From: Trichomonas gallinae | Taxonomy: Eukaryota | Reading direction: 5' to 3' | DNA: 49,264 nt | NCBI GenBank assembly: GCA_008369845.1 | Contig: MRSU01007705.1 | Coordinates: 1-49,264 of the forward strand | Shown here: piece by piece, positions 10,893 to 21,339 of the stretch | Position numbering within the stretch: the first letter of the stretch is position 1 | How the letters are laid out: every line of letters begins with the position of its first letter | The notes under the pieces: generated by a model | Database searches by the model: none | Seen by the model: the letters and a program-made list of their open reading frames with translations, nothing else | What the model was told of the DNA's origin: nothing | Translations under genes and position numbers: made by a program

Positions 10893-11549
10893 CTATTCTC
10901 TATCAAACCATTCTGGTGGCTCAGGAAACACTTGTTCCAGCAGCTCTTTTGTGTGTTGCATGCATTTTGTGTAAGTCTTGAAAGGAACAATTTTTTCAAT
11001 GCATCGGTCACCATTATATAAATTATTGTTCAGGGAAAGCCTTGATATTTGATGGAAAGTTAGAGTAGTATCAGGTATGGAGTCAAGGTCAATGTTTCCC
11101 TGTATCCAGTTCGCTATGTTGTCTCCCTGAAGCAGAATTGGAAGTTCTTTCAATTCGTGCAAATTGCAAAATTTTTGTTTCGTGATAAAAGCAAATTGGA
11201 GACTTGGAGTCACAACACCAGCAGCAAACATGATTTCATTGTTATTTGAAGGCGCATAAAGACAATTGTATTCATCAGCAACAAAAACACCAGTTATTGG
11301 AATTAAACATCTTGTTAAGCCAGTTTGGATATTTATGAACTCTATTAGTGGAATACAGGTGGTGATATTACCATTATCTGCTGGAATGCCCCAATTTCCT
11401 ATTTGAATCTGGTTTTCGAAAATTATTGGAGCATTTGAATCGGGAAGGATACAATTTGATGGGCTTATTGAAGATACCTTATTAGTTAATTCACATGGAG
11501 TAATGCTTTTTAGTTCATAAATAGTCCTATTGAATGAATATCGAAACAT
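10893..11549 (-). CDS. SRAP/HMCES (YedK, DUF159)-like protein lacking catalytic residues
   Basis: Collinear SRAP motifs: NCILPDSNAPII, NWGIP, RCLIPITG, FAAG, FAFIT, LPILL..W, FHQIS..NN..NGDRCI. Likely start is ATG 11549 (MFRYSF), just after Inr TCACTTTTCATTTT. Confidence 0.75.
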   Translation of the reverse strand: MFRYSFNRTIYELKSITPCELTNKVSSISPSNCILPDSNAPIIFENQIQIGNWGIPADNGNITTCIPLIEFINIQTGLTRCLIPITGVFVADEYNCLYAPSNNNEIMFAAGVVTPSLQFAFITKQKFCNLHELKELPILLQGDNIANWIQGNIDLDSIPDTTLTFHQISRLSLNNNLYNGDRCIEKIVPFKTYTKCMQHTKELLEQVFPEPPEWFDRE

Positions 11550-11838
11550 CAAAAATGAAAAGTGACTTTGTATCAATCTGCCCATTTATATTAAGACTTC
11601 TATCGATATTGTATTCATATTTTTCATATAACAATAAGATGAAGCATTTTTTCCTAATTTTCAATATAAAAAAGAGGCAAAATGGCTCATTTGATTCTCA
11701 TATTGTGGTTGTGGGAGATGTCTATCTTTTCATCCAGTTTAGAGGAATTATAATAAATATATTAATTATAGAATTAGAACATACTTCATTTTAAATGTAA
11801 AAATTTCTCATCTATATGAAAGATGAAAAAGATGGAGC

Positions 11839-12231
11839 TTAGTTTCCTTGGCAATACTTCATATAAGCATCCTTGGTCATCAATTCCTTGAGTTCTTCTG
11901 TATTATCAAGGGTAATTTTTGCGAACCATCCTTTATTTTCTGGATCCTTTGTGATGATTTCAGGATTGTCGAGGGCTTCTTGATTAGCATCTGTAATCTT
12001 ACCAGATACTGGAGATTGTACTGGAGTTACGGCCTTTGTAGCCTCAACTGTGCCGAATTCTTCAGTTCTTTTAACAGTTTTACCGACATTAACATCTACA
12101 AATGTAACTTTACCAAGCATATTGATGGCAAACTCGGAAAGACCGATCTTTCCAACTGTGCCTTCAACGTCTACATATTCATGTGTCTTGGAAAAATATT
12201 TCGTAAATGAACGAACGTTGAATTTCAACAT
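11839..12231 (-). CDS. gcvH: glycine cleavage system H protein (lipoyl carrier), probably hydrogenosomal
   Basis: YFSKTHEYV, GKIGLSEFA, lipoyl-Lys motif VEATKAV, SPVSG, DPENKGWF. Start moved to ATG 12231 (MLKFNVRSF, presequence-like); the track start is a TTG. Confidence 0.95.
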   Translation of the reverse strand: MLKFNVRSFTKYFSKTHEYVDVEGTVGKIGLSEFAINMLGKVTFVDVNVGKTVKRTEEFGTVEATKAVTPVQSPVSGKITDANQEALDNPEIITKDPENKGWFAKITLDNTEELKELMTKDAYMKYCQGN

Positions 12232-13544
12232 AAAATAATTTTGTGAAGTGTCAAAAAATTTGTGAAGTTGTAAATTTTCAAACATGATTTCAAATCGTCC
12301 ACACAACGGCCATATACTCCTTGATCTGGACCGAAATACAATGGAATTTATATCTGAAGACGACTTCTGTGAATTTCAAGAACTTTCGATCATATGTTTT
12401 AAAAATCATGTGCATTAAATAGTATAGCTTGCGGTGATTTCTATTTTAAAATTTCATAGATTTCTGCTTCTTATGCTTCAAGATCCCACTTTTTGAGAAA
12501 TTCTGACATTGTAAAGTATTAGACTTGGCATTTGACAGATATTTTCTTCATGCTAATTGATTAGGCTGGTTAATAGATTAACTACAAACATGTTAAGGCA
12601 AAAATGAATGTGCACAAAATATCCAATATACTATGTGAAGTAATCTACGTTATTTTGGAAATATATTCAGAGAAATTATTAATTTTTGTTACTAGGCTGT
12701 TCAATATCAAGACCAATTATATTAGTGTTTGAAACAAATTTAATGGATATTATTTAATTTGGCTTTTAACATTATTGTATTGATTGAATTTTTTTAAGAA
12801 AATGTAATAAGTTGAGACAGAATATCAATGTTATAAATTATATGAAATTTCATGAGAAAGCTAACAAATTGATATTGAGTCTTAATCATGCCTGTACCAA
12901 ATTTCAATCTGAAATTCGAAGAGTTTTGTCATTTAGCTTGTTTATAAACTTAATATTATTTGATTGACATGAAAATATTTATTCTATACTATGCAAATCC
13001 CTTAAAGAGGGATTTTGTGATCTTTGAGCGTTTTCAGTCCTCAACTAATACGTCGACTATCATTCCACCATATTCATGATGACCTCCATGAATTCCTTTG
13101 TTCATGAGAGAGCAAAAAACACAATATGTAAGGGCATCGTCGGCACTTTTGTCTCCGCAAGGAGGTTTTGCAACAGCAAGGTATGATAATGAATGCATTA
13201 CATCTGCTTTGAAACTGTTTCCTCCTGTTGGTGTCAACGATTGAGAGATTGAAGTAACGACTGTATTTAATTCCATTGTGTAAGGGAGAAAGTTAATGCT
13301 CTAATGCTCTAGATGTGCAGGCATATACAAGTGTTTGAGAAATTAATACTGGTTCTGTTTAATGAATATGTTACAAAAAAATGAGATTTAATCAAAAAAA
13401 ATTTTGTGTTATAACACAGTTATAGATCAAAATCACAATATCTTAAGATTGTTTAGACGTGAGTAAGTAAGTTGAGAGCAATAATATGTCAAAATCTCAA
13501 TATGTCATAAACATTGGATTTGATGAGAATAAATTTAATATGAT

Positions 13545-16500
13545 TTAGAATGTTGGCTTGAACTCACTTCCGGCGACTCCAACGAACTGTGTATTGTAGT
13601 ATGTTGGTTCTCCATCGAGGTATGGAGCTGGAGAGAAGAGAAGGATGTCCTTTGGCTGTTGTGTTTCGGAGTCTGAGTAGTTCTTCTGCATGGCGAAGTT
13701 GAACTTCCTCAATGCAAGCTTTGTATCCTTCTTTGCCTTTGCTGCTGAAACGGCGCCTGCCTCACGCTTGTCACCGTTGCAGAGGATGCACTTCTCGTAG
13801 TTGCCGCAGATGGAGTTGTTGTGGATTGCATGGCCGCATGGATAAACACGGATTTGTGAGCCACCATATGACAAAGGCTGCTGGCAGATTGCGCACTTTG
13901 GATAATCATCTGTGACAGCATATCCAGATGTTGTCTTCTCGAAAGCCTTGTTGCAGAGCTTGAGGCAGTCATTGATGAGCATCTCTTCGACTGTTCCGTA
14001 GAGCTGGACCTGATAATTAGCTCTTGCAAAGATAGCGTTGAGGATTGTTCTATACTCGGACTGATCCATGGCGCAGAAGTAAATTGTGAGTGTCGCGAAG
14101 ACGAGCTCTGTCCTCAAGTGGTTGAGAGCAGCCATGACGAAGTATGTGAAGAGCTGAGTGATGCATGCCTTCAGCTTCGTGTTCGACTTCGACTTCATGT
14201 GGTAGAGCGGGAACTGGAAGGCGAGGAATGAGTCGATCCAGCGCTGGATTGTCTCAGTCTCCTTGTCGTCGAGGCTCTCGAGAAGCTGGATGGCGCACAT
14301 GACGGCGTTGTACTGTCTGCTGATTGAAGAAATCTTCTTCATCTGTGCGACATCAGCGATTTCGACTGGGATATCGCTGTCAATTAATTCTAAGAGCGCC
14401 AACTCTATTTCGTCATCGATGAGCTTGCAGGCCTCGCTGGCGTTGGAGTGGAGCCTGTGGATGATGATTTCGCAGTCGATCAAGTGATAGTTCTGCGATG
14501 CCTTCAAAGCCTCATCGAGGTCGAAGTCTGTCCAGTCGGCAACAGCCCTGTTGAGGAAGTGGGCAGCGTTTGATGTGTCGTACTGGCAGTAGAGTTTGAA
14601 TGTCTCTAGCATGAAGTTTGCGTCGAATGCAGCCTTCTTGTCTTCTGTTATCTCAAAGAGAGCCTCAATGAATACAAGGCAGTCCTTGCCCTTCAACTGC
14701 TTTTTGAGTGTCTCGATTGAGTCCTCAAAGTTGGTCTTAAGTATTCTGACTGTTCTCAGTGCGTTCGCAGCGAGGAGGGCAGATATGTGGTGCATCATAG
14801 CGATCTTAATTGCGTCGTGGTCACCTAAGTGGTCCTCGATGAAGTCGAAGACAGCCTTAGCCTTCTCGTTTGAGCTAAGGTAGGCCTGGATGATTGCCTG
14901 GTAGTCCTTGTTCTTGATGAAAATGGACTCAGCCAGCTTGACGAAGCCGCAGCTGAGGCATGTGTCTGCGACAAGGTCCATTGGGAATGAATCCTTGTAG
15001 TTCTCTGTGATCTGCTGCAATATGCACTCTCTTGCTTCGACGAATTGTGATGTCGTGAAGATCCATGTGCAGACGTTTGTAATGGCGACACCACTATATG
15101 GAACTTTGAGAGTGTACATAATCGGCATGATTGTCTCGATGAGCTTAGCGCACTTCATGTACTCGACATCCTTGATTGAGTTGAGAGCTGCGTCAATAAT
15201 ATGATATGGCTGGATAGATTCGAGCCTGTTGAAGTTGATTGGGCAGAGTTCGATCATCTGGCTGATGATGCCTGCTACCTTGTCCCAGTTGTTGTTGATG
15301 ACTGCGTTCATTCTGTCATAAGTATTGTTATGTGGGATCATGAGCCATGTTGTGAGGTTCAATATCATTGTTGGCTCGCGCTTCTTTGAGAAGATCTCGA
15401 AGACAAATTCAGCGAGTGTTCCTGCCTCGTAGCAAACCTGTGCGGCGAGGATAATGTTCTGGTAGAACCTTAATAAGATCTTCTTCTGGAGCTGAACCAT
15501 CTTTCTTTCTCTTGCCAATAATAAAACGGCCTTGGCTTGATCTGGATCGAGAGTCAAGTTTGTGATTGTATCCTCAGCCTGGTCGAGAATCTTGTTGGTC
15601 TCGGCGTAGTTGAAGTACTCCTTAACGATATCAGCTGTAATGACCTGTCCGATAACTGTTGCATTTGCAAAAAGGCCTGTGAAGAACTCCTTGAGCTTGT
15701 TGTTGTCCTTAAAGAGTGCGAATGTCTTCGTGATGACATCGCGAGCAATGCCAAGCTGATATGTGTAGGTGATAACATATGATAAATCTGATGGAAGGCT
15801 TGGAGAGTTGAGATGCTCACGGATGTATTTCTCACTGACATCGCGGCCGATCTTGCAAACTTCCTGCCTTCTAATTGTGTTGTTTGATGAAAGGCCGAGA
15901 AGATTGTCGTTTGTGCCGATTGCGATGGAAAGGAGCATGTTGAAGACTGTCTCGTACTCATTGCGCTGTAAGTGGAAGTCGATTTTCTGTTTCCACTCAG
16001 TGAAAATGATTTCTGCTGGCATATTCTTGGAAACGAGCAAAATCTTGTCGTAGTCAACCATAAGGTCAGCACGGCCAGAGAATATTTCTGTGTAGTTCTC
16101 GAATTGTCCGCCAGAAACTTCTCCACCCTTATTTGTGTAAAGATTCATTGTTCCCTTTGTAGTAATGACGACTGTAATTGTGGATGTCAAGAGGTTGATG
16201 ATGTGGACCTGCTCGTTCTCAAGCTCCTTTGACCAGACCTGTGTGCAGGTATAATTTGAATTCCAGCGCCAGTATTGGATATCTTTGCCACCAGCTATGG
16301 CCACAAAAACGGCGCCATCCTTTGTGATCATGCTCAAGGCTGTTGTGCCGTCTAACTGCCATGGCTGAGCGATAATTGGATTATTTGGTGTTTCGACTAA
16401 TTTCTGGTTGAAAACGAGGTAATAAGAACCGAATGTAGCGAAGCCAACAGCCGGAGAGTTTTCAATAACGCAATTTGAAGCATAAACAGATGAGATTGGA

Positions 16501-16979
16501 TGATTTGCTGTAAATAAGAGCCTCTGCTCCATCTTGTATCCCATGAATCCCTTGCGGAATACAATGGAATAGAGCTTGCCGCCCTTATCACCGTAGAAAA
16601 TGTATTCAGAAGTATATCCGAATGCAACGAATGTAACAGAGTCTGCTCCCTTCTTAGTATCGATTGATTTAATGAATTTAAGATCTGGGATGGACCAAAT
16701 GGCAACAGAGCCATTCAAATGTCCAGTTACAATATATGACAAGTCTGCTGAGATATCTATGCATGTAAATGGGGATGATGGAGCTCCCTTTGCATTCAGG
16801 TATTGAGCTTGCTTTGTTTCGAGATTGTAAATCGCTGGTTGTGGGAGATCAGTAACAGTCGCGAAAATATAGCTGCATTTCTGGCTGTCGATGACCTGGT
16901 GGCACTTAATCATGCCGAAGAATTCGGCCAAATGGTCAATCGGCAGAATCTGATACTGCTGTAACTCTTTCGATGACAT
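13545..16979 (-). CDS. VPS8: Vps8-like CORVET tethering subunit (WD40 propeller, solenoid, RING)
   Basis: ~1144 aa; N-terminal WD repeats (TCIDISADLSYIVTGHLNGSVAIW), alpha-solenoid, C-terminal RING CAICQQPL...YPCGHAIH...CILC. ATG at 16979. Vps41 is not fully excluded. Confidence 0.75.
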   Translation of the reverse strand: MSSKELQQYQILPIDHLAEFFGMIKCHQVIDSQKCSYIFATVTDLPQPAIYNLETKQAQYLNAKGAPSSPFTCIDISADLSYIVTGHLNGSVAIWSIPDLKFIKSIDTKKGADSVTFVAFGYTSEYIFYGDKGGKLYSIVFRKGFMGYKMEQRLLFTANHPISSVYASNCVIENSPAVGFATFGSYYLVFNQKLVETPNNPIIAQPWQLDGTTALSMITKDGAVFVAIAGGKDIQYWRWNSNYTCTQVWSKELENEQVHIINLLTSTITVVITTKGTMNLYTNKGGEVSGGQFENYTEIFSGRADLMVDYDKILLVSKNMPAEIIFTEWKQKIDFHLQRNEYETVFNMLLSIAIGTNDNLLGLSSNNTIRRQEVCKIGRDVSEKYIREHLNSPSLPSDLSYVITYTYQLGIARDVITKTFALFKDNNKLKEFFTGLFANATVIGQVITADIVKEYFNYAETNKILDQAEDTITNLTLDPDQAKAVLLLARERKMVQLQKKILLRFYQNIILAAQVCYEAGTLAEFVFEIFSKKREPTMILNLTTWLMIPHNNTYDRMNAVINNNWDKVAGIISQMIELCPINFNRLESIQPYHIIDAALNSIKDVEYMKCAKLIETIMPIMYTLKVPYSGVAITNVCTWIFTTSQFVEARECILQQITENYKDSFPMDLVADTCLSCGFVKLAESIFIKNKDYQAIIQAYLSSNEKAKAVFDFIEDHLGDHDAIKIAMMHHISALLAANALRTVRILKTNFEDSIETLKKQLKGKDCLVFIEALFEITEDKKAAFDANFMLETFKLYCQYDTSNAAHFLNRAVADWTDFDLDEALKASQNYHLIDCEIIIHRLHSNASEACKLIDDEIELALLELIDSDIPVEIADVAQMKKISSISRQYNAVMCAIQLLESLDDKETETIQRWIDSFLAFQFPLYHMKSKSNTKLKACITQLFTYFVMAALNHLRTELVFATLTIYFCAMDQSEYRTILNAIFARANYQVQLYGTVEEMLINDCLKLCNKAFEKTTSGYAVTDDYPKCAICQQPLSYGGSQIRVYPCGHAIHNNSICGNYEKCILCNGDKREAGAVSAAKAKKDTKLALRKFNFAMQKNYSDSETQQPKDILLFSPAPYLDGEPTYYNTQFVGVAGSEFKPTF

Positions 16980-17026
16980 TTTTAATTTCACCTGGACGAT
17001 AGAAATTTTATCTTTTTATCTTTACT

Positions 17027-17203
17027 TCATTTTTGGTGATATTTTGGATTTAGTCATTCTAAAGACTCTAAAAAACCAAAAATATTGAATTTTTGGTAAA
17101 TAAAATTTTTTCATTATCATTTTTGGTGATATTTGGAATTAACTCGTTCTAATAACTCTAAAAAACTAAAAATATTGAATTTTTGATGAATAAAATTTTT
17201 CAA
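17027..17203. repeat. 90-bp tandem duplication upstream of the Vps8-like gene
   Basis: TCATTTTTGGTGATATTT...ACTCTAAAAAA..AAAAATATTGAATTTTTG begins at 17027 and 17117. Confidence 0.9.
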
Positions 17204-17621
17204 AAATCATTTATAAAATCGCACTTTTTTATATTATTTTTAAATTTTTTATGATTTTGGAATATAAAATCTACCAATCTAAATCAATAAATGATATAAA
17301 TTTTTGTTCATCTACAATATTATCTATTCAAATCTAAAATATTTTGTATATTTCATGATTTTCTTAAAAATATTTCAACAAACAATTGATATTATAAGCA
17401 TTCAACTAAAATATATCAATTACTTCATTCAAATGAAGATATCTATCATTGAAAATTTGGATTGTTATATATAATAAATTATTATCAAAATATATTTTTA
17501 AAAAATGATAAAAATTTGTTGGTAATGACATATTAGTGACATATTGTTTTGCTATGCATGTTTTAGGAGAATAAAATATTAGATTTAACAATAATTGATA
17601 TTTAAAACACCAAAAAAACAA

Positions 17622-20600
17622 TTAATCGCTATCTTGCATAGCCTTAAGCTGATCCACCTGATCCTGGACTCTTCTTGAGCTTCTTGCAGCTTTCTTCTGC
17701 TCAATCTTCCACTTCTTTATAGATCTTTCTGTTTCCGTCTCGATCTGGTCAGCGTCATCATCAGACATCTGCTCGATTCTCTTCACTTTGGGGGCCTTCA
17801 TAGTTCTAGTTGGCCCTCTTCTCTCTATCTGAGGAGCTGGCGCCGGAGCCAATGAAGGAGCCTGCGCAGCCATTAATGCAATTCTATATGAGTTCTCGAC
17901 GTCTTGTATTCTATTGTTGAAGTTCCTCGTCATCTGCTGAGCCTGGTTCTGGAAATCCGTGACTATCTGCTGCAAAACTCTGTTCTGGTCAGCGAGCATC
18001 TTCTTGTATCCCTCGCAGACAGCAGTTACGTCATCTAGCTGCTGTTTTAGAGTCGCCACAAGTGGCCCGTAAGTAGAAATAAAAGTGTTATTAACGATTT
18101 CGAGTTTGAATTTTTGCTTCTTCATCTTCTGCAAAACTTTTTCGTCGAACTCGATGATTTGATCTGAGACGACTCTCGACTGATCCATCATCTGCAGCTG
18201 CTGCTGACCCATCATAGACATCATCTGCGGCATCCTCGGGGACACCATAGAGAGCTGCGGGTTCAGCATACTCATAGCGTTCGGCGGCATCATAGACATC
18301 TGGCTCTGGTTGATGTATCCGGGGTTGTTCATCTGCATCATCCTGCTCTGGCTCATGTAGTCGTACGGCATCTGCATCATCTGCTGCCGGTCGTACATGT
18401 TCGGCTGTATGTCGGCGACAATCTGCGTGCGGTTGGACAAGAAAGGAATCGAGTTTGACCCGCCGGCGGCGAAAGATATCGGGAATGATAGTCCAAGGTA
18501 TCCAACGTCTGACGATTGAATCGGCGCTGTTGAAGACTTGGATGACTTCTTCGGCCTGATGGAGACAACGGTGTCGCTGTCAACTGACAGCATCGATGAT
18601 TTGCGCTGCGTTGATTTCTTTGATTTGCGGTTTGACTCTTCTTTGAGTTTCTCTGATTCGAATTTCGTTCTTATTAACTCGAGTTCTTGCTCGATCTGCT
18701 CTTTCTCGTTTTCTATCTGCTTCTGGTTCTGCTTCTTCAGCCTGTCCATTGTCTGCTGGTGGCGCTGCTTCATCTGGTTGAGCTCCTCATCGAATGCTTC
18801 TTGCATTTCTTCGCGCTGGGAATCGATTTCTTCTTGCAGCAAATCCAGCTGTTTCTGCTTCTCAGCGTCAAGCTGCTTCTTCTGTCCTTTCTTCAATCTG
18901 TCGACTTCCCTCTTGTGTGTCTGCTTCATTTCTTCTATTTCGTCGTCGAATTCAGTTTGCAGCTCTTCTTTTCGCATTTCGAATTCACTGTTCATGTTAT
19001 TCAAGCTCTTCTGCTGTGATGCAGTTAATTTAGCTTGATCGAGAGATTTCTGGTGCTGTTTCTTGATTTGATCGACTTCTTTTGCGTGATCTTCTTTCAT
19101 TTGCTCGATTTCTTCGTCAAACTCTGCTTGAAGTTCTTCCTTCTTCTGCTCAAACTGAGACTTCATCTTGCCGAGCTTGTTTTGCTCTTCAAGAGTCATT
19201 TTTGTTTGATTTACATTATTTTGATGAGTTTTCTTGAGTTGATCGATTTCTTTCTTGTGGGAATCCTTCATTTCCTGGATTTCTTCATCAAATTGGGCCT
19301 TTAAGTCCTCTTTTTGCTGCTCGAAATTGTTTTTCATTGAATCAAGCTGCTTTGTTTGACTTGCTGTGAGCTTTGTGTTCTCTACTTCATTTTGCTGCTG
19401 TTTCTTAAGATTAGCGATGTTCTTTTCGTGGTCTTTCTTCATTTGTGCGATTTCTTCTTCAAATTTCTTCTGAAGTTCTTGTTTCTGCTTGATATTCGCC
19501 GAGTCAACTGGATCTGACTTATCTAGTGTCTGTTCTTTCATTTTAGCAACTTTTCCTTCGAGATCGAAATCTTTCACTTGTTGATCTAAGTCATCTTGAA
19601 GTTTCTTCTTCAGATCAGCAACATCTTTATCATGCTGGTCATTAAGCTCCTTGATTTCATCTGCAAACTTCTTTTTGAGTTCTTCGATTTCTTTTGCTTG
19701 TTTTGCGTGCATTTCTTCGATTTCCTTCTTATCAGCATCGCTTATTTGACGCTTGTTTTCTTCCGCAGAGACTTGATTCTTGTTGTTTCTGCGGATTTCT
19801 TCGAGTTGAGCTTCGAATTTCGCTTTTTCATCTTTTAACGCGTCATCGTTCTTCCTTTTGAGTTCTTCGAGCTGTGCACGATGCTTATTATTCTCCTGCT
19901 GTATTTCCTTGTCGTGATCGTTCCTTAATTCTCGCAATTGATTGTTATGAGCTAATTCTGCATCAGTAATTGCTTGTTGCTGCTTCTTCTTTAGCTGGTT
20001 GAGCTCTATCTCGGCATCAGCCTTCTTCGCTCTCATCTGTGATAATGCTCTCTCTTCCTGTTCCGCTTCTCTTTGATTAGCTGCGCGTAAATCTTCGATT
20101 TTCCTTCTGTGGGCAGCGCGAATTGATTCAAGTTCATCATCCATTCTTGACTGTAAGTTTGATTTCTCTGAATCATGCTTTGCGCGAAGAATATTTAATT
20201 GCTGATTGAAATCGTTGTTTTCGCGCTCAATAGCTTGCCTATGAGATGCTTGCAAGTCATTGAGCTCTCTTTGGTATTGAGCATTGCTTGTTGTCGAATA
20301 ACTTGATGATGTTGATGTATTTGTTGAAGATTTAAGAGGTCCGAGACTCAAAGGAGCCATACTTTGACCTCCAAGGCTGCCTAGTGGCTTTGAATTTATC
20401 GCTGTGCTGCCCGATTTAGATCCAAGTGCAGCAAGTGGACGAACATTCGATTGATTGGACTGTGGACCACTCGTGCGTTGTCCTGACTCCTTTTTAGTCT
20501 TTTCTTTCGCGAATAATTCCTTGTAATGCTGATCTAACGGATGATCCCAAAGAGATTCGCCTGTTCTACTGTTAAAATAGAAGGGTTCTCCTGTTCCATC

Positions 20601-20786
20601 CCTGCGCTGGTATAATTTCCAGCCTGGAGGAATCGGTGCCATTAAAGCTTCGCGCGCAATCCAAAATAAATCGCGATCTCTCTGCAAATCAGCGCCAAGC
20701 CACTCAGCGTACTCTTCTATTTCCTGCTGCGTTGGCTCCTGACCATTGGCATTGGGGTCTTCTATTTCTACAAATGATTCATCCAT
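17622..20786 (-). CDS. CEP164: CEP164-like distal-appendage protein (WW domain plus long coiled coil)
   Basis: N-terminus EPTQQEIEEYAEWLG..DRDLFWIAREAL.APIPPGWK...FYFNSRTGESLWDHPLDQHYKEL matches the CEP164 N-terminal/WW module; followed by ~550 aa of coiled coil and an M/Q-rich tract. Confidence 0.85.
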   Translation of the reverse strand: MDESFVEIEDPNANGQEPTQQEIEEYAEWLGADLQRDRDLFWIAREALMAPIPPGWKLYQRRDGTGEPFYFNSRTGESLWDHPLDQHYKELFAKEKTKKESGQRTSGPQSNQSNVRPLAALGSKSGSTAINSKPLGSLGGQSMAPLSLGPLKSSTNTSTSSSYSTTSNAQYQRELNDLQASHRQAIERENNDFNQQLNILRAKHDSEKSNLQSRMDDELESIRAAHRRKIEDLRAANQREAEQEERALSQMRAKKADAEIELNQLKKKQQQAITDAELAHNNQLRELRNDHDKEIQQENNKHRAQLEELKRKNDDALKDEKAKFEAQLEEIRRNNKNQVSAEENKRQISDADKKEIEEMHAKQAKEIEELKKKFADEIKELNDQHDKDVADLKKKLQDDLDQQVKDFDLEGKVAKMKEQTLDKSDPVDSANIKQKQELQKKFEEEIAQMKKDHEKNIANLKKQQQNEVENTKLTASQTKQLDSMKNNFEQQKEDLKAQFDEEIQEMKDSHKKEIDQLKKTHQNNVNQTKMTLEEQNKLGKMKSQFEQKKEELQAEFDEEIEQMKEDHAKEVDQIKKQHQKSLDQAKLTASQQKSLNNMNSEFEMRKEELQTEFDDEIEEMKQTHKREVDRLKKGQKKQLDAEKQKQLDLLQEEIDSQREEMQEAFDEELNQMKQRHQQTMDRLKKQNQKQIENEKEQIEQELELIRTKFESEKLKEESNRKSKKSTQRKSSMLSVDSDTVVSIRPKKSSKSSTAPIQSSDVGYLGLSFPISFAAGGSNSIPFLSNRTQIVADIQPNMYDRQQMMQMPYDYMSQSRMMQMNNPGYINQSQMSMMPPNAMSMLNPQLSMVSPRMPQMMSMMGQQQLQMMDQSRVVSDQIIEFDEKVLQKMKKQKFKLEIVNNTFISTYGPLVATLKQQLDDVTAVCEGYKKMLADQNRVLQQIVTDFQNQAQQMTRNFNNRIQDVENSYRIALMAAQAPSLAPAPAPQIERRGPTRTMKAPKVKRIEQMSDDDADQIETETERSIKKWKIEQKKAARSSRRVQDQVDQLKAMQDSD

Positions 20787-20825
20787 GATTTTTTAAAGTA
20801 TACGTTTAATATTTCATGGATTTCC

Positions 20826-21030
20826 ATTTTTACAGTATATCTATACAATACACATGGTTTTGGATTTTTTTCACGTCAAAATTTTCCCCTAAAAACATTA
20901 TTTCGATTTTTCAAAATGTTATTTCTTTAATTTCGATTTTCATAGCATATATATGGAATATACACGATTTTGGATATTTTTCATGTTAAGATTTTCTTCC
21001 AAAATCATTATTTCGATACTTCAAAATATT
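20826..21030. repeat. degenerate ~110-bp tandem duplication upstream of the CEP164-like gene
   Basis: TTTTGGAT.TTTTTCA.GT.AA.ATTTTC...CATTATTTCGAT..TTCAAAAT recurs with period 110 (~20858, ~20968). Confidence 0.8.
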
Positions 21031-21339
21031 TTTTTTGAATCAAATTCATATAAATATTTATAGACTTGTTATAATAGATATAGAAATTCTAAACTTTTAG
21101 AATCAAACTTTGATATTAAATTTCAACAATAATATTAACATTAAAATTAATGTGAAATTGAATATTCATTGCTAATAGATTGAATGTACTCGATTTTTCA
21201 ATGAATAAATATTGAATCCAGTATTATCTGGATTGATGATTTCATCTCAAATATCTGTTGCTAACAAGATAAAACTTGTAAGTTTCGATTATTGAGAATT
21301 ATTTTTGATGTAATTTAAAGTTATTGATTTTCGATAAAT

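Noticed and set aside
12292..12306. The ORF track's 'MCGRF' N-terminus on GCV-H looks exactly like the missing SRAP catalytic N-terminus, ~740 bp upstream of the SRAP-like gene on the same strand.
   Set aside because: The first codon is TTG, not ATG; no splice signals link it to the SRAP ORF; it is the antisense of a small + strand ORF. Most likely coincidence.
13709..19838. Many 60-190-aa overlapping or antisense ORFs within Vps8 and CEP164 (and in other long genes).
   Set aside because: Shadow frames caused by codon bias and coiled-coil composition; no recognisable domains.
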